Assembly (NCBI GenBank): GCA_023267595.1
Contig: JAHFNB010000001.1
Span: 94,590-158,589, forward strand
Source of the DNA: a bacterium
Lineage (GTDB): Bacteria > Patescibacteriota > Minisyncoccia > Phycocordibacterales > UBA5272
Reading direction: 5' to 3'
DNA: 64,000 nt
The translations under genes were made by a program, and so were the position numbers. The notes under the pieces are model-generated. The model saw nothing but the letters and a program-made list of their open reading frames with translations. It did no database searches and had not been told where the DNA came from. Within the stretch, counting starts at the first letter, position 1; each line of letters opens with the position of its first letter. Below are positions 9,991 to 19,344 of the stretch, piece by piece.

Positions 9991-10821
9991 ATGGTCACGA
10001 AAATCGCGAAGTTTTTTACGACAACGTTGTTCACACTCCTCGGAGTGTGTGGAATGACTAGTGCGGGCGCGCAAGTGGTTCAGGGAGGCACTTGCGCCTA
10101 CCAGAACCCGGGTTACGGGCGTCCAGCAGTGTGGGTATGCCCTCAATCGGCATACAACAATCAACAAATTGTCGGTGTTGCTCCGCAAGGGGTTAGCATC
10201 GGCCAACCAGGTTTTGTGAATGGTCAACCGTGCACGTGGCGTGATCGGGCTGCAAGTGCAGGGGTGGGGGCAGTCATCGCAAACCTGGGAGCCTACGCAA
10301 TCAATCGTTTCTCAGGGCGCGGAGTAATTGACCGCACCGGTGCTGGCATTGTCGGAGGTATTGCAGGCGGAACTCTGTTCTGTGATCCCAATATCGTCAA
10401 TGATGGCCAAAGAATTGTTGTTGCTCCGCAAGGTGGTGCACCATACGGAAACGTTGGTGGTAGTATCACAAGTGGAGGAACCTCCATTGGTGGACCCATC
10501 ACTGTCCCCGGCAAATGCGACTTCGGTAATAACGTCGTTGCGTACACCTACGAAGGTCAGACTGGATGCGATAAACTCGCATCCACAATGACCAAAACGG
10601 TAAGCGGCGGAACGAGTTCGATGACGATGCCATCATCCTACACTGTGCAAGCGACAAAAGTGTTGTCTGAAGATGATCGCGACACATGCCGACTCCGTGT
10701 AAACGGAGTCTCGGTTGCAGAAATCAAACTTCCTCAATCTGTAAAGAAGGAAGAATCCAAAACGATTTGCGATGAGTGGCAAGTCCGCGAAGCCCGTTCA
10801 CGCGGACTCACTCGCCAGTAA
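9991..10821 (+). CDS. Secreted Cys-rich glycine-zipper protein (hypothetical), compositionally foreign
   Basis: GGAG RBS upstream. Signal peptide MVTKIAKFFTTTLFTLLGVCGMTSAGA. Glycine-zipper stretch AGVGAVIANLGAYAINRFSGRGVIDRTGAGIVGGIAGG. At least 8 Cys. Visibly GC-rich relative to flanks. Confidence 0.6.
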   Translation: MVTKIAKFFTTTLFTLLGVCGMTSAGAQVVQGGTCAYQNPGYGRPAVWVCPQSAYNNQQIVGVAPQGVSIGQPGFVNGQPCTWRDRAASAGVGAVIANLGAYAINRFSGRGVIDRTGAGIVGGIAGGTLFCDPNIVNDGQRIVVAPQGGAPYGNVGGSITSGGTSIGGPITVPGKCDFGNNVVAYTYEGQTGCDKLASTMTKTVSGGTSSMTMPSSYTVQATKVLSEDDRDTCRLRVNGVSVAEIKLPQSVKKEESKTICDEWQVREARSRGLTRQ

Positions 10822-10837
10822 AAAATCATCAACTTTT

Positions 10838-10864
10838 GACCCTCCTTGAGAGGGTCTTTTTTAT
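10838..10864. terminator. Rho-independent terminator
   Basis: gaccctc-ctt-gagggtc followed by tttttt. Confidence 0.6.
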
Positions 10865-10986
10865 TGTATAAATCATTGGGCGAACACATTGACTTTTCTA
10901 TATTTTTACTGTATAATAATAAATAGAGGTTGATTAGAAAATTGTTTCTAATCACTAACCAATTCACAAATCTGGACTGGAGGTAT

Positions 10987-11616
10987 ATGATGCTATCCCA
11001 ACGTCAAAAAGATTTTGCCATCATGATGCTTAAGTTGTTGGTTCTGTTGATTCTCATAGGTTTAGTTCTCACTTATTGGTCAGACAACAGTGATCTTAAT
11101 AAAAAAAATGAGATCCTGAAAGCAGATCTTCAAAAAGAAAAAAAGCAGAGCGCAGATCTCGTTGCAGAAAAAAAATATCTCGAGGAGAAGTTGAACAAAA
11201 AACTCGAGATGCCAGTCACACAGGCATGCACCATCAATGACGAAATGAAAAAACTTGTTGCAGATAGTTGTACTGCAAAAAAGCAGGCTCAAGCACCAGC
11301 CTCTGTTGCGCGGAAAAGAGCGGTTTCGATATCGAGGGTCGGGGAAGAAGAACGGATCAAACAAGCCCTTGATCTTGCGAGGTTGAGAGCAGAAGCACAT
11401 AGGGAAGTTGTGCTTGTGAATCCGACACCCTCACGGTCTACTGTAAAAGTTGTACAAGATCACTGTATTTTTCGGGTAGATGGGAGAATCGTCGCTGAAA
11501 AGTTTGTCCCTGAAGGGCAAGGAGCAAGTCAGTGCCCGATCTGGAGGGAAGCAGAAAGAGAAGAAAGAAAATTAAAACAAAAAGACCTGATTTGGGACAA
11601 GAAGTATCCGTCCTGA
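10987..11616 (+). CDS. Membrane-anchored coiled-coil protein (hypothetical)
   Basis: GGAGG RBS at 10979-10983, then ATG at 10987. N-terminal TM FAIMMLKLLVLLILIGLVLTYW. Lys/Glu-rich coiled coil. Cys-containing C-terminal domain. Moderately GC-rich. Confidence 0.55.
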   Translation: MMLSQRQKDFAIMMLKLLVLLILIGLVLTYWSDNSDLNKKNEILKADLQKEKKQSADLVAEKKYLEEKLNKKLEMPVTQACTINDEMKKLVADSCTAKKQAQAPASVARKRAVSISRVGEEERIKQALDLARLRAEAHREVVLVNPTPSRSTVKVVQDHCIFRVDGRIVAEKFVPEGQGASQCPIWREAEREERKLKQKDLIWDKKYPS

Positions 11617-11635
11617 AGAAGATTAAGTATATTTT

Positions 11636-11667
11636 GTGCCACCTCTAGAGGTGGCACTTAGTTTTTA
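11636..11667. terminator. Rho-independent terminator (10-bp perfect stem)
   Basis: gtgccacctc-ta-gaggtggcac followed by ttagttttt. Confidence 0.65.
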
Positions 11668-11751
11668 CCTTTAATGTTAAAACATTGACAAAACTTTATA
11701 AAACATATATAATGTTATTACGTTATTAAACGCACCCATATTTTACATTTT

Positions 11752-13656
11752 ATGAAAAAAATAATCTTAGCGACAAGTGTAGTATTTTCGCTAGTTTTCC
11801 AAGGGGGGTTCGTTTCTGCTCAATCTACGTTTGATTATAATTATGATTCAGGCACTACCTATGACTATAATTACGGTTCAAGTAATACATACGATTATAA
11901 CTACGGTTCAGGGAATACGTATGACTATAATTATGCCTCAGGCAATACGTATGATTATAACTATACTGCTCCACAAACAGGCACTACCTATGACTATAAT
12001 TACGGTGTAACTCTACAAACAGGTACAACATACGATTATAATTATTCTTCTGTGTTAGGTGGATCTGGTATAACATCTCCTTCGTACACATACACTCCTG
12101 GATATACATATACATCTCCAACAACATATGGTTCATCATACAGTTATCCAACAGTTGGAAATACTTCATACGGTGGAACTAGTTACGGAGGCATTAACTA
12201 TGGATATTCAAATTACGGATACTCTGCACCATCTGTAAGTTGGACAGGATATAACTATGGTTCTACATATGTAGCACCTCCAGTTACTACAACAATTCAA
12301 ACAATACAATGTTGGAATGGAACAGTGATTCCAAATACACAAACATGTCCTGCACAACCGACAACACCAACACAATGTTCGTATCTTTCTGATTCATATA
12401 CAACACGTTTCGATAATAATTATCCAACATGTACAAAACTTTGTTCTAATGGAACAACTATAGCAGGGAATCAACTTTGTCCTTCTACAGTAGTACAACC
12501 ACCAATCTATACTCCACCAACAATTAACTATCAAACATGTTGGGACGGATCTGTGATTCCTACAACATCAGTTTGTTCTTCACAGTACAAGGTGTGTGCT
12601 AATGGAACAAGTATTCCAATTTACCAAACATGTTATTACGGTAATACTTATGTTCCGTATGTGCCCCCACAAACAACAAAGTTCAACAGTGTTATAACAA
12701 GTATCGCAACACAAGTAACTATGAATAGTGGACGTTGTAACGGAATCGGACTCATCGCAAATAACGCGCAGTCAACAGGATGGTTTGAATACGGTGAAAC
12801 TGCATCTCTTGGTCGCACAACTGCGTCATCTGCAATCGGAAATTCATCATCTGCTCCATTTTCAAATCTTCTTTCAAATCTTAAAGCAAATACAAAATAT
12901 TACTGTCGCGCAGTTATGCAAAATCAGTACGGTATTGTAAAGGGTGATATTGTTTCTTTCACAACAAAGAGTAAGAGTGTTACGTATGTAAAACCAGTTA
13001 CAACAACGATAAAGACCGTTGTAAAACCAGTAGTAAAGAAAACAGAAATCATTTGTATTGATGGAAGTATTGTTTCAGTAGGAAGTCAATCATCTGCAAC
13101 ACTTATCAATAAAGGAGAGAAGTTGGTTGCTCTTCAAATGGTAAAGACAAATGGCTCACTCTCTGCAGGGAACTCAGTATCATATAACTTGTCATACAAG
13201 AATCTTTCAGACTCTCGTCTTACAGGTGTTGTTATTAAAGTAACTATTCCTCAAGAAATAACTAATGTGTCATCAAGTGTAGGAAATTATGACGAAGCAT
13301 CACACATGCTTACTCTTAATCAAGACACTATTGATGCATATACAGAAGGTGTAATTACATGGACTGGTAAAGTTGTAAAAGATGCACCAGTAGGAAAATC
13401 AATTGTTACAACTGCGTATGTTGTATATACCGTACCTGGAACATCAGTTCAAGATGAAGTAACTGCATATGTTGTTGGATCTATTATTCCTGCAACGACA
13501 ACTACTGTAGATACTGGAGCAAAGAATGTTATAGGAGCAAGCGAACGAGGATTCCTTCCAAACTCTCTCGTGGAATGGTTAGCCCTTATTGCAATCTTCT
13601 TTATTATCTATATCTTGGGTCGCAGTATTTATAGTTCCTATAAAGAGGAAAGATAA
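11752..13656 (+). CDS. Large repetitive cell-surface protein (Tyr/Ser/Thr-rich; DUF11-like beta-sandwich region; C-terminal membrane anchor)
   Basis: Signal peptide MKKIILATSVVFSLVFQGGFVSAQS. Eight or more copies of a T-YDYNY-GSGN decapeptide. Four C-x-N/D-G-T/S-x-I-P...C motifs. C-terminal LPNSL plus hydrophobic helix plus a basic tail. Confidence 0.75.
   Translation: MKKIILATSVVFSLVFQGGFVSAQSTFDYNYDSGTTYDYNYGSSNTYDYNYGSGNTYDYNYASGNTYDYNYTAPQTGTTYDYNYGVTLQTGTTYDYNYSSVLGGSGITSPSYTYTPGYTYTSPTTYGSSYSYPTVGNTSYGGTSYGGINYGYSNYGYSAPSVSWTGYNYGSTYVAPPVTTTIQTIQCWNGTVIPNTQTCPAQPTTPTQCSYLSDSYTTRFDNNYPTCTKLCSNGTTIAGNQLCPSTVVQPPIYTPPTINYQTCWDGSVIPTTSVCSSQYKVCANGTSIPIYQTCYYGNTYVPYVPPQTTKFNSVITSIATQVTMNSGRCNGIGLIANNAQSTGWFEYGETASLGRTTASSAIGNSSSAPFSNLLSNLKANTKYYCRAVMQNQYGIVKGDIVSFTTKSKSVTYVKPVTTTIKTVVKPVVKKTEIICIDGSIVSVGSQSSATLINKGEKLVALQMVKTNGSLSAGNSVSYNLSYKNLSDSRLTGVVIKVTIPQEITNVSSSVGNYDEASHMLTLNQDTIDAYTEGVITWTGKVVKDAPVGKSIVTTAYVVYTVPGTSVQDEVTAYVVGSIIPATTTTVDTGAKNVIGASERGFLPNSLVEWLALIAIFFIIYILGRSIYSSYKEER
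11830..12046 (+). repeat. Approx. 30-bp in-frame tandem repeats encoding TYDYNYGSGN units
   Basis: The motif acntatgantataantayggttcagg/naatac is repeated about 7-8 times. Confidence 0.8.
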
Positions 13657-13696
13657 GTAGCCTACACATGCCTTATGTGAGCAACGTGAAATAGAA

Positions 13697-13729
13697 GAAA
13701 GCCGTCCCGAAGGGACGGCTTTCTTCTAT
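13697..13729. terminator. Rho-independent terminator (12-bp stem)
   Basis: gaaagccgtccc-gaa-gggacggctttc followed by ttctat. Confidence 0.65.
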
Positions 13730-13743
13730 GGTATTATGGACGC

Positions 13744-14193
13744 ATGAGAGAGACCTGTTTAGTACACAAAGAGGATATAGAGGGGCTTGCTTTTAAAGTT
13801 TCTGAGATAGTAACAAAAGATAGTTCATCTCGTGCAAAGGTTATTCTCCTTGAAGGGGATTTGGGTGCTGGTAAAACTACCTTTACCAAAGCATTAGCCC
13901 ATGTTCTTGGTATTGAAAAAGATACCGTGCATAGTCCAACCTTTATTTTGAAAAAAGAATATAATGCAGAGCATATGATTTTCAAAAAACTTATTCATGT
14001 TGATGCATACCGTTTTACGCATCCAAGTGAAGCAAAGGTACTTCGTCTTGAAGAAGATTTAAAAAATCCAGACAATATAGTTGTTGTTGAATGGCCTTCA
14101 AAAATGAATTATATAAAGTCAGATATAGAATTAGAGTTTACAGTTGTAGACGATGATACTCGTGAGGTAACTATTTCATATGGTAAAGAGTAA
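13744..14193 (+). CDS. tsaE: tRNA threonylcarbamoyladenosine biosynthesis protein TsaE (YjeE)
   Basis: LLEGDLGAGKTTFTKALAHVLG P-loop. About 150 aa. Overlaps the start of polA. Confidence 0.8.
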   Translation: MRETCLVHKEDIEGLAFKVSEIVTKDSSSRAKVILLEGDLGAGKTTFTKALAHVLGIEKDTVHSPTFILKKEYNAEHMIFKKLIHVDAYRFTHPSEAKVLRLEEDLKNPDNIVVVEWPSKMNYIKSDIELEFTVVDDDTREVTISYGKE

Positions 14194-16522
14194 ATTAAAA
14201 ACAGTAGTATTGTTGGATGCTCACGCGATACTCCATCGTGGATATCATGCAATGGGTGGATTTGCGACCCATGACGGTAGACCAACAGGAGCGCTGTATG
14301 GTTTTGTGACTATGGTGCTTAAAATATATGAAGAAATAAAACCAGATTATATTGCAGCATGTTATGACTTACCAAAACCAACCTTTCGTCATACAAGTTA
14401 CGATGGTTATAAAGCAGGACGTGCAAAAACAGAAGATTCTCTCATTGAACAAATAAAAGAATCATATAAGTTATGTGAGGCACTTGCTATACCTGTATAT
14501 ACATGTGAAGGATTTGAGGCAGATGACTTACTTGGAACAATAGCAGAGCAGGTAAAGAAAGATAAAAAGTTTCGCGTTGTGATTGCAAGTGGGGATATGG
14601 ATACATTACAACTTGTCGATAAGGAATGTGTTACAGTATTTACCTTGAAAAAAGGAAATGAAGGAGTTTTTTATACAGAGAAAAGAGTAATTGAACGATT
14701 TGGTTTTGGTCCAGAACATATCCCTGATTACAAAGGTCTTGCAGGAGATAGTTCTGATAATATTATTGGTATTTCAGGGATTGGGGATAAGACTGCTACA
14801 GAACTTATCAAAAAATACGGCACCATAGAGAAGATGTATAAAGTGGTAAAGAAAAATCCACAAACACTCATTGACGATGGATTCAAGGAGCGCATGGTAA
14901 AACTTATAGAAGAAGGGGAAGAAGAAGCACTTTTTTCAAAGACACTTGCAACTATCAGGCGTGATGCTCCTGTGATCTATGAACATCCAAATAAAGAATG
15001 GCTAGAAAGTATTGAAGTTGAAAAATATCAAAAGATGTGCGATCTCTATGAGTTTCGTTCATTACGAAACAGGTTACACCTTATGCGTGGAGATGATGTG
15101 AAGAAAGAAGTGGAAACAGAAGAAGAAATAACAAAAGATGAATTGGAAGAATTGCGTGTGATGGTACATTTACTTCACAGTGAAATGACCAATGCTTCGT
15201 TAGTAGATATTCAAAATATTTCTGGTCATAAAAAAGTAAAGGACATACGCACTTTTTTAATAGAAGAATTAAAAAAGCATGATCTCTGGAAACTATTTGA
15301 AACGGTAGAGCAGCCACTTATGCCGCTTGTTAAAGAAATGGAGACAAACGGTATTGTTCTTGATGTGAAAAATCTTAAAAAGTTAAGTGATGAATTACAC
15401 ACTCGCGTGAAAGAACTTGAAAAGAAGATTTATAAATCCTCAGGTGTTGAGTTTAATATTGCATCCCCAAAACAATTAGGAGAAGTATTGTATGAAAAAT
15501 TAAATCTTGGTACAAAAATCAGAAAAACAAAGACAGGACAAAAAAGTACAAATGTAACAGAACTTGAGAAGATGAAAGGTGAGCATGAGATAATTGCATA
15601 TATTTTGGAATATCGTGAACTCACAAAATTGCTCTCGACATATATTGATTCATTACCTGTATATGTAAAAGATGACGGAAGAATACATGCTCACTTTATA
15701 CAAACAGGAGCAGGAACAGGGAGGTTTAGTTGCGAAGACCCAAATTTACAAAATCTTCCAATAAAAAGTGAATTAGGGCAAAAAGTAAGGAAGGCATTTA
15801 TTGCAGATAAAGGAAAAGTACTTTTATCGTGTGACTATGCACAAATCGACTTGCGCGCAGCAGCCATTTTATCAGGGGATGAAAACTTGGTAGAGATTTT
15901 CAAAAAAGGAATTGATGTACACACAGGAACTGCAGCACGAGTGTTTGGTGTGAAGGAAGAAAAAGTAACTCCCGAAATGCGTCGCAAAGCAAAGGCTATC
16001 AATTTTGGTATCTTGTACGGCATGGGAGTGACCTCTCTTAAAGAGGGAATGGGGGTTGAACGAAAGGAGGCTCAAGAGTTTTATGATCAATATAAAATGA
16101 CATTTACTCGTCTTATGGAATATCTTGAAGAGGTAAAAGCATTTGCATGGAAACATGGGTATACAGAAACATTACTCGGTCGTAGACGAGAAGTTCCTCT
16201 TTTGAAAAGCCCTCTCCCTTTTTTACGTGCACAAGGGGAACGTATTGCGATCAATGCTCCTATTCAAGGGACGTCTGCAGATATTTTGAAACTTGCAATG
16301 ATAGATGCTCACGAATATATAGTAAAAAATAAGTTAGAAGATAAAGTTAAATTGTTGATGCAAATTCACGATGAACTTGTATTTGAAATGGATGAAACTA
16401 TATCTGAAGATGTTGCAGATGGATTGGTGGAAGTTCTTGAACATGTATTATCAAAAAGAAAATTAGCAACTCTTCCACTCGTTGCGTCTCGGTCACTTGG
16501 TAAGAATTTACAAGCACTATGA
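14180..16522 (+). CDS. polA: DNA polymerase I
   Basis: N-terminal 5'-3' exonuclease domain (LLDAHAILHRGYHAM). Polymerase motif A DYAQIDLRAAAILSGD. Motif B RRKAKAINFGILYGMG. Motif C QIHDELVFE. Confidence 0.9.
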   Translation: MVKSKLKTVVLLDAHAILHRGYHAMGGFATHDGRPTGALYGFVTMVLKIYEEIKPDYIAACYDLPKPTFRHTSYDGYKAGRAKTEDSLIEQIKESYKLCEALAIPVYTCEGFEADDLLGTIAEQVKKDKKFRVVIASGDMDTLQLVDKECVTVFTLKKGNEGVFYTEKRVIERFGFGPEHIPDYKGLAGDSSDNIIGISGIGDKTATELIKKYGTIEKMYKVVKKNPQTLIDDGFKERMVKLIEEGEEEALFSKTLATIRRDAPVIYEHPNKEWLESIEVEKYQKMCDLYEFRSLRNRLHLMRGDDVKKEVETEEEITKDELEELRVMVHLLHSEMTNASLVDIQNISGHKKVKDIRTFLIEELKKHDLWKLFETVEQPLMPLVKEMETNGIVLDVKNLKKLSDELHTRVKELEKKIYKSSGVEFNIASPKQLGEVLYEKLNLGTKIRKTKTGQKSTNVTELEKMKGEHEIIAYILEYRELTKLLSTYIDSLPVYVKDDGRIHAHFIQTGAGTGRFSCEDPNLQNLPIKSELGQKVRKAFIADKGKVLLSCDYAQIDLRAAAILSGDENLVEIFKKGIDVHTGTAARVFGVKEEKVTPEMRRKAKAINFGILYGMGVTSLKEGMGVERKEAQEFYDQYKMTFTRLMEYLEEVKAFAWKHGYTETLLGRRREVPLLKSPLPFLRAQGERIAINAPIQGTSADILKLAMIDAHEYIVKNKLEDKVKLLMQIHDELVFEMDETISEDVADGLVEVLEHVLSKRKLATLPLVASRSLGKNLQAL

Positions 16523-17148
16523 TATATACCATAGTAGGAACAGATATAGATAAAAGAGAAGTTGCCCTTGCTGCTTGTGCAAAAATGGGAGAGGTGACAA
16601 ATCATATTTATAGTGAACACATTGCATTACTCGAACCACTTATCTCTGCAACAAGTTTATTTGGTGATAAGGTAATAGCACATATCATTCAGGTGATGGA
16701 TGTAGCCTCATCTCGTGATGAACTTATACGATTACTTGGAGAGATGAAGGAGTCAAAGAATATTTTTATTATTGATGAACCATTTGCAGATGTAAATCGT
16801 GTGAAGCGATTAGAAAAGTATTCAGAAAAAGTTTTTGATGCTCGTCTTGAAAAAGAAAAAGGAGTTGATGTATTTATGCTATGTACTTTATTTGCTCGTC
16901 GTGACAAAAAAGGGGTATGGGTAGAATGGATGCATGTGAGAGACAAAGAATCACCTGAAGCAATTCATGGCGCATTATGGTGGAAGTTTTCGACTATGTG
17001 GCAAGACGTGAGAGCAGGTAAACCGAGTAAGTTTACATTACAAGAATGTGAATCAATTGGACGACAATTAGTCACTTCAAGCATAGAAGCACATCGTGGA
17101 AATAAAGATTTGAAAGTGGAACTAGAAGCAATATTGCTTAGTATTTAG
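16519..17148 (+). CDS. Hypothetical protein, possibly short DNA polymerase III delta (HolA)-like
   Basis: Follows polA with a 4-nt overlap. The N-terminal region LLEPLISATSLFGDKVIAHI resembles HolA. Weak. Confidence 0.4.
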   Translation: MIYTIVGTDIDKREVALAACAKMGEVTNHIYSEHIALLEPLISATSLFGDKVIAHIIQVMDVASSRDELIRLLGEMKESKNIFIIDEPFADVNRVKRLEKYSEKVFDARLEKEKGVDVFMLCTLFARRDKKGVWVEWMHVRDKESPEAIHGALWWKFSTMWQDVRAGKPSKFTLQECESIGRQLVTSSIEAHRGNKDLKVELEAILLSI

Positions 17149-17211
17149 TTCATTACTATACAGTGAAAATACTGGAAAGATACACCTTAATCTGCTAGTA
17201 TGTAGCAACGC

Positions 17212-17284
17212 GTCCCTATAGCTCAGTTGGTAGAGCAGCTGCCTTTTAAGCAGACGGTCGTAGGTTCAATCCCTACTGGGGGCA
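17212..17284 (+). tRNA. tRNA-Lys (anticodon TTT)
   Basis: Cloverleaf is GTCCCTA/TGGGGGC acceptor (2 G.U), GCTC..GAGC D-arm, loop CTTTTAA, GTAGG-TTCAATC-CCTAC T-arm. G27.A43 mismatch. CCA not encoded. Confidence 0.75.
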
Positions 17285-17532
17285 CAAATTATTTCGGTAA
17301 ACTTTCTTTTCCAAATGATTGTAATTCACCTTGTTGGTTTAAGCCAATATATGGTTTTGATCTATCGTCGCGAAGTGGCCCACCAGTTAAATACCAAAGA
17401 ATCCAAATTATCCAAAAGCCAACAAAGATTTTTAAGAGAGTTCCCATGAGAATAGTATATAGTTACTAGTCACTTGTTACTAGTCAGGTATTCATCTGTA
17501 TTTTCTATTAATCAATAACTATAAACTAGTAA

Positions 17533-18435
17533 CTATCTTTGGCACTTGGGGCAGAAGTGAGCAGATCGTCCACCAATTTTTAATTTTTTGATGATACCAA
17601 TACATCCTTTGGTTTTGCATTTTTGTCCTGTACGTAAATACACATTATGTTTTTTTTGGAATTTACCACGAACTCCATCTATATTTCTGTAATCACTCAT
17701 ACTGTCTCCACCGAAATCAATTCCACTCGATAAAACTTTTTTCATAGATTTATACAATAAAGAAATCTCATCTTTCTTTAAACTTTTTGATGTTCGTGTT
17801 GGTTTAATATGTGTAAGATGTAGCATTTCATCTGAATAAATATTTCCAATGCCTGCGATGATAGTTTGATCCATTAACACTGTCTTTATGGCGCGCGTTT
17901 TTGATAGTAGTATTCTTTCTTTAAAATTATTTTCGGTAAAGTCTCTCTCGAGCGGTTCTGGTCCAAGGTGAGATAATTTTTCTGTATGAATAGTAGATGT
18001 TTTTTGCACTAATATAGTTCCGAATTTTCGTGAATCACAAAAGGCTAACTGGTTCCCGTTGGATAGTGTAAACACAACATGAATAAAACGATTATAAGGA
18101 TCATTCAGTGGTCCTTTTGTATTTTTTGGTTTCCATTTTCCATTTTCTAATTTCCATGTACCAACCATGAGATGCCCAGTCATTTTCATATGAATAATCA
18201 TCGTGAAACCATTTTCCAAATGAATCAGAATATATTTTGCGCGACGCGTAACAGAAAGTACTTTTTGGTTTAAGGTATATTTTTTAAAATAGGAAAAGTA
18301 TGCCTTATCTTTAATAGTATTTTTTGCTAAGGTAGATGTAGACCACATATCACACCAGATATCTGTAATGGTAAGTTTTGGTAATACTTTTGCAAGTCCA
18401 GTGACCGTTGTGTGTACTTCAGGGAGTTCCGGCAT
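17533..18435 (-). CDS. mutM: Formamidopyrimidine-DNA glycosylase (Fpg/MutM)
   Basis: MPELPEVHT N-terminus with the catalytic Pro2. C-terminal zinc finger C..C...CPKCQR. The internal ATG at 18435 is preferred. Confidence 0.85.
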   Translation of the reverse strand: MPELPEVHTTVTGLAKVLPKLTITDIWCDMWSTSTLAKNTIKDKAYFSYFKKYTLNQKVLSVTRRAKYILIHLENGFTMIIHMKMTGHLMVGTWKLENGKWKPKNTKGPLNDPYNRFIHVVFTLSNGNQLAFCDSRKFGTILVQKTSTIHTEKLSHLGPEPLERDFTENNFKERILLSKTRAIKTVLMDQTIIAGIGNIYSDEMLHLTHIKPTRTSKSLKKDEISLLYKSMKKVLSSGIDFGGDSMSDYRNIDGVRGKFQKKHNVYLRTGQKCKTKGCIGIIKKLKIGGRSAHFCPKCQR

Positions 18436-18485
18436 ATAGAAAGTAGGGTATAGGAAAATGGGCAAATATACAAATAAAAAGAAAA

Positions 18486-19214
18486 ATGATAGGGTTGTAT
18501 CTAGAAAGGTGGCTATTGTTACCTTGTTCCATTAATGGGGGAATCATGAACACAACTCTTTTGAAAAAAGTTGTTCAACATCCGCTTAGGTTTTACGACA
18601 TTCCACTTACGGTTCAATGGCTGGTCCATTGGTCATCAAAGGCTTTCGAAAACTTCTTAGGAAGTGATATACGAAGCGACATTCTTGAGGCAATACAAAA
18701 CGGGGGAGACGGAAAAGTTGATTTGACCCACTTTTCTCCCAATGTGAGGGAATATCCTCCAGGAGATGTTACCTACAATCAAGGTCTTGAGTTTTTGAAA
18801 AGTGTTCCTCAAAATGAATACCATGAAAAATTCATGTGTGCACTTACTCATTGGTCAAAGTCTGTGTACTGGTGGGAAAGACAATACGAGGGTCTTTCGT
18901 GGGAACAACGTGATGCATGGCGTATAGAAATGGGGCTTAAACCGATTAACCCTACGTGTTCTGTTGGAACTGTTACTGTTGTTTTTAAGCGAGTAGGGCA
19001 CGGTAAGTTCCACTTTCCAGAAGGGTATCGGTTTGCAACCGAACATGAAATCCCAAATAATCTCCAAAAAGATTTGCCATGCTTGGTACGAATTAACGGA
19101 GAGTGGCAATACATTGAACGTAACCATGAAGGAATGCTTAAGTTCATAGGTATTAGAGATTGGATTACGTATTTCCATAAGAATGTTTTCTTTGCCCTTA
19201 TTGTAAAAGAATAA
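18486..19214 (+). CDS. Hypothetical protein (no recognisable domain), GC-richer than flanks
   Basis: 242-aa ORF. An alternative start is MNTTLLKK at 18546. Trp/His-rich. Composition differs from its neighbours. Confidence 0.5.
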   Translation: MIGLYLERWLLLPCSINGGIMNTTLLKKVVQHPLRFYDIPLTVQWLVHWSSKAFENFLGSDIRSDILEAIQNGGDGKVDLTHFSPNVREYPPGDVTYNQGLEFLKSVPQNEYHEKFMCALTHWSKSVYWWERQYEGLSWEQRDAWRIEMGLKPINPTCSVGTVTVVFKRVGHGKFHFPEGYRFATEHEIPNNLQKDLPCLVRINGEWQYIERNHEGMLKFIGIRDWITYFHKNVFFALIVKE

Positions 19215-19344
19215 GAAGATGGGTATTACTGCCGCGATTATGTCGCGGCTTTATCTTTTACATATAGCGACACACAGATTTGAATATGCTAGGATATCGG
19301 CAGAAGTTTCATTAATTTGAGTAAATCACTCGAAGGAGATTACC

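Noticed and set aside
17227-17469. 80-aa ORF (MVEQLPFKQTVVGSIPTGG...) in the six-frame track
   Set aside because: It is tRNA-Lys read as protein. SIPTGG-like peptides are the classic translation of tRNA T-arms. The track ORF 29094-29927 has the same artefact at its 5' end over tRNA-Val, which is why I start the RluA gene at 29199.
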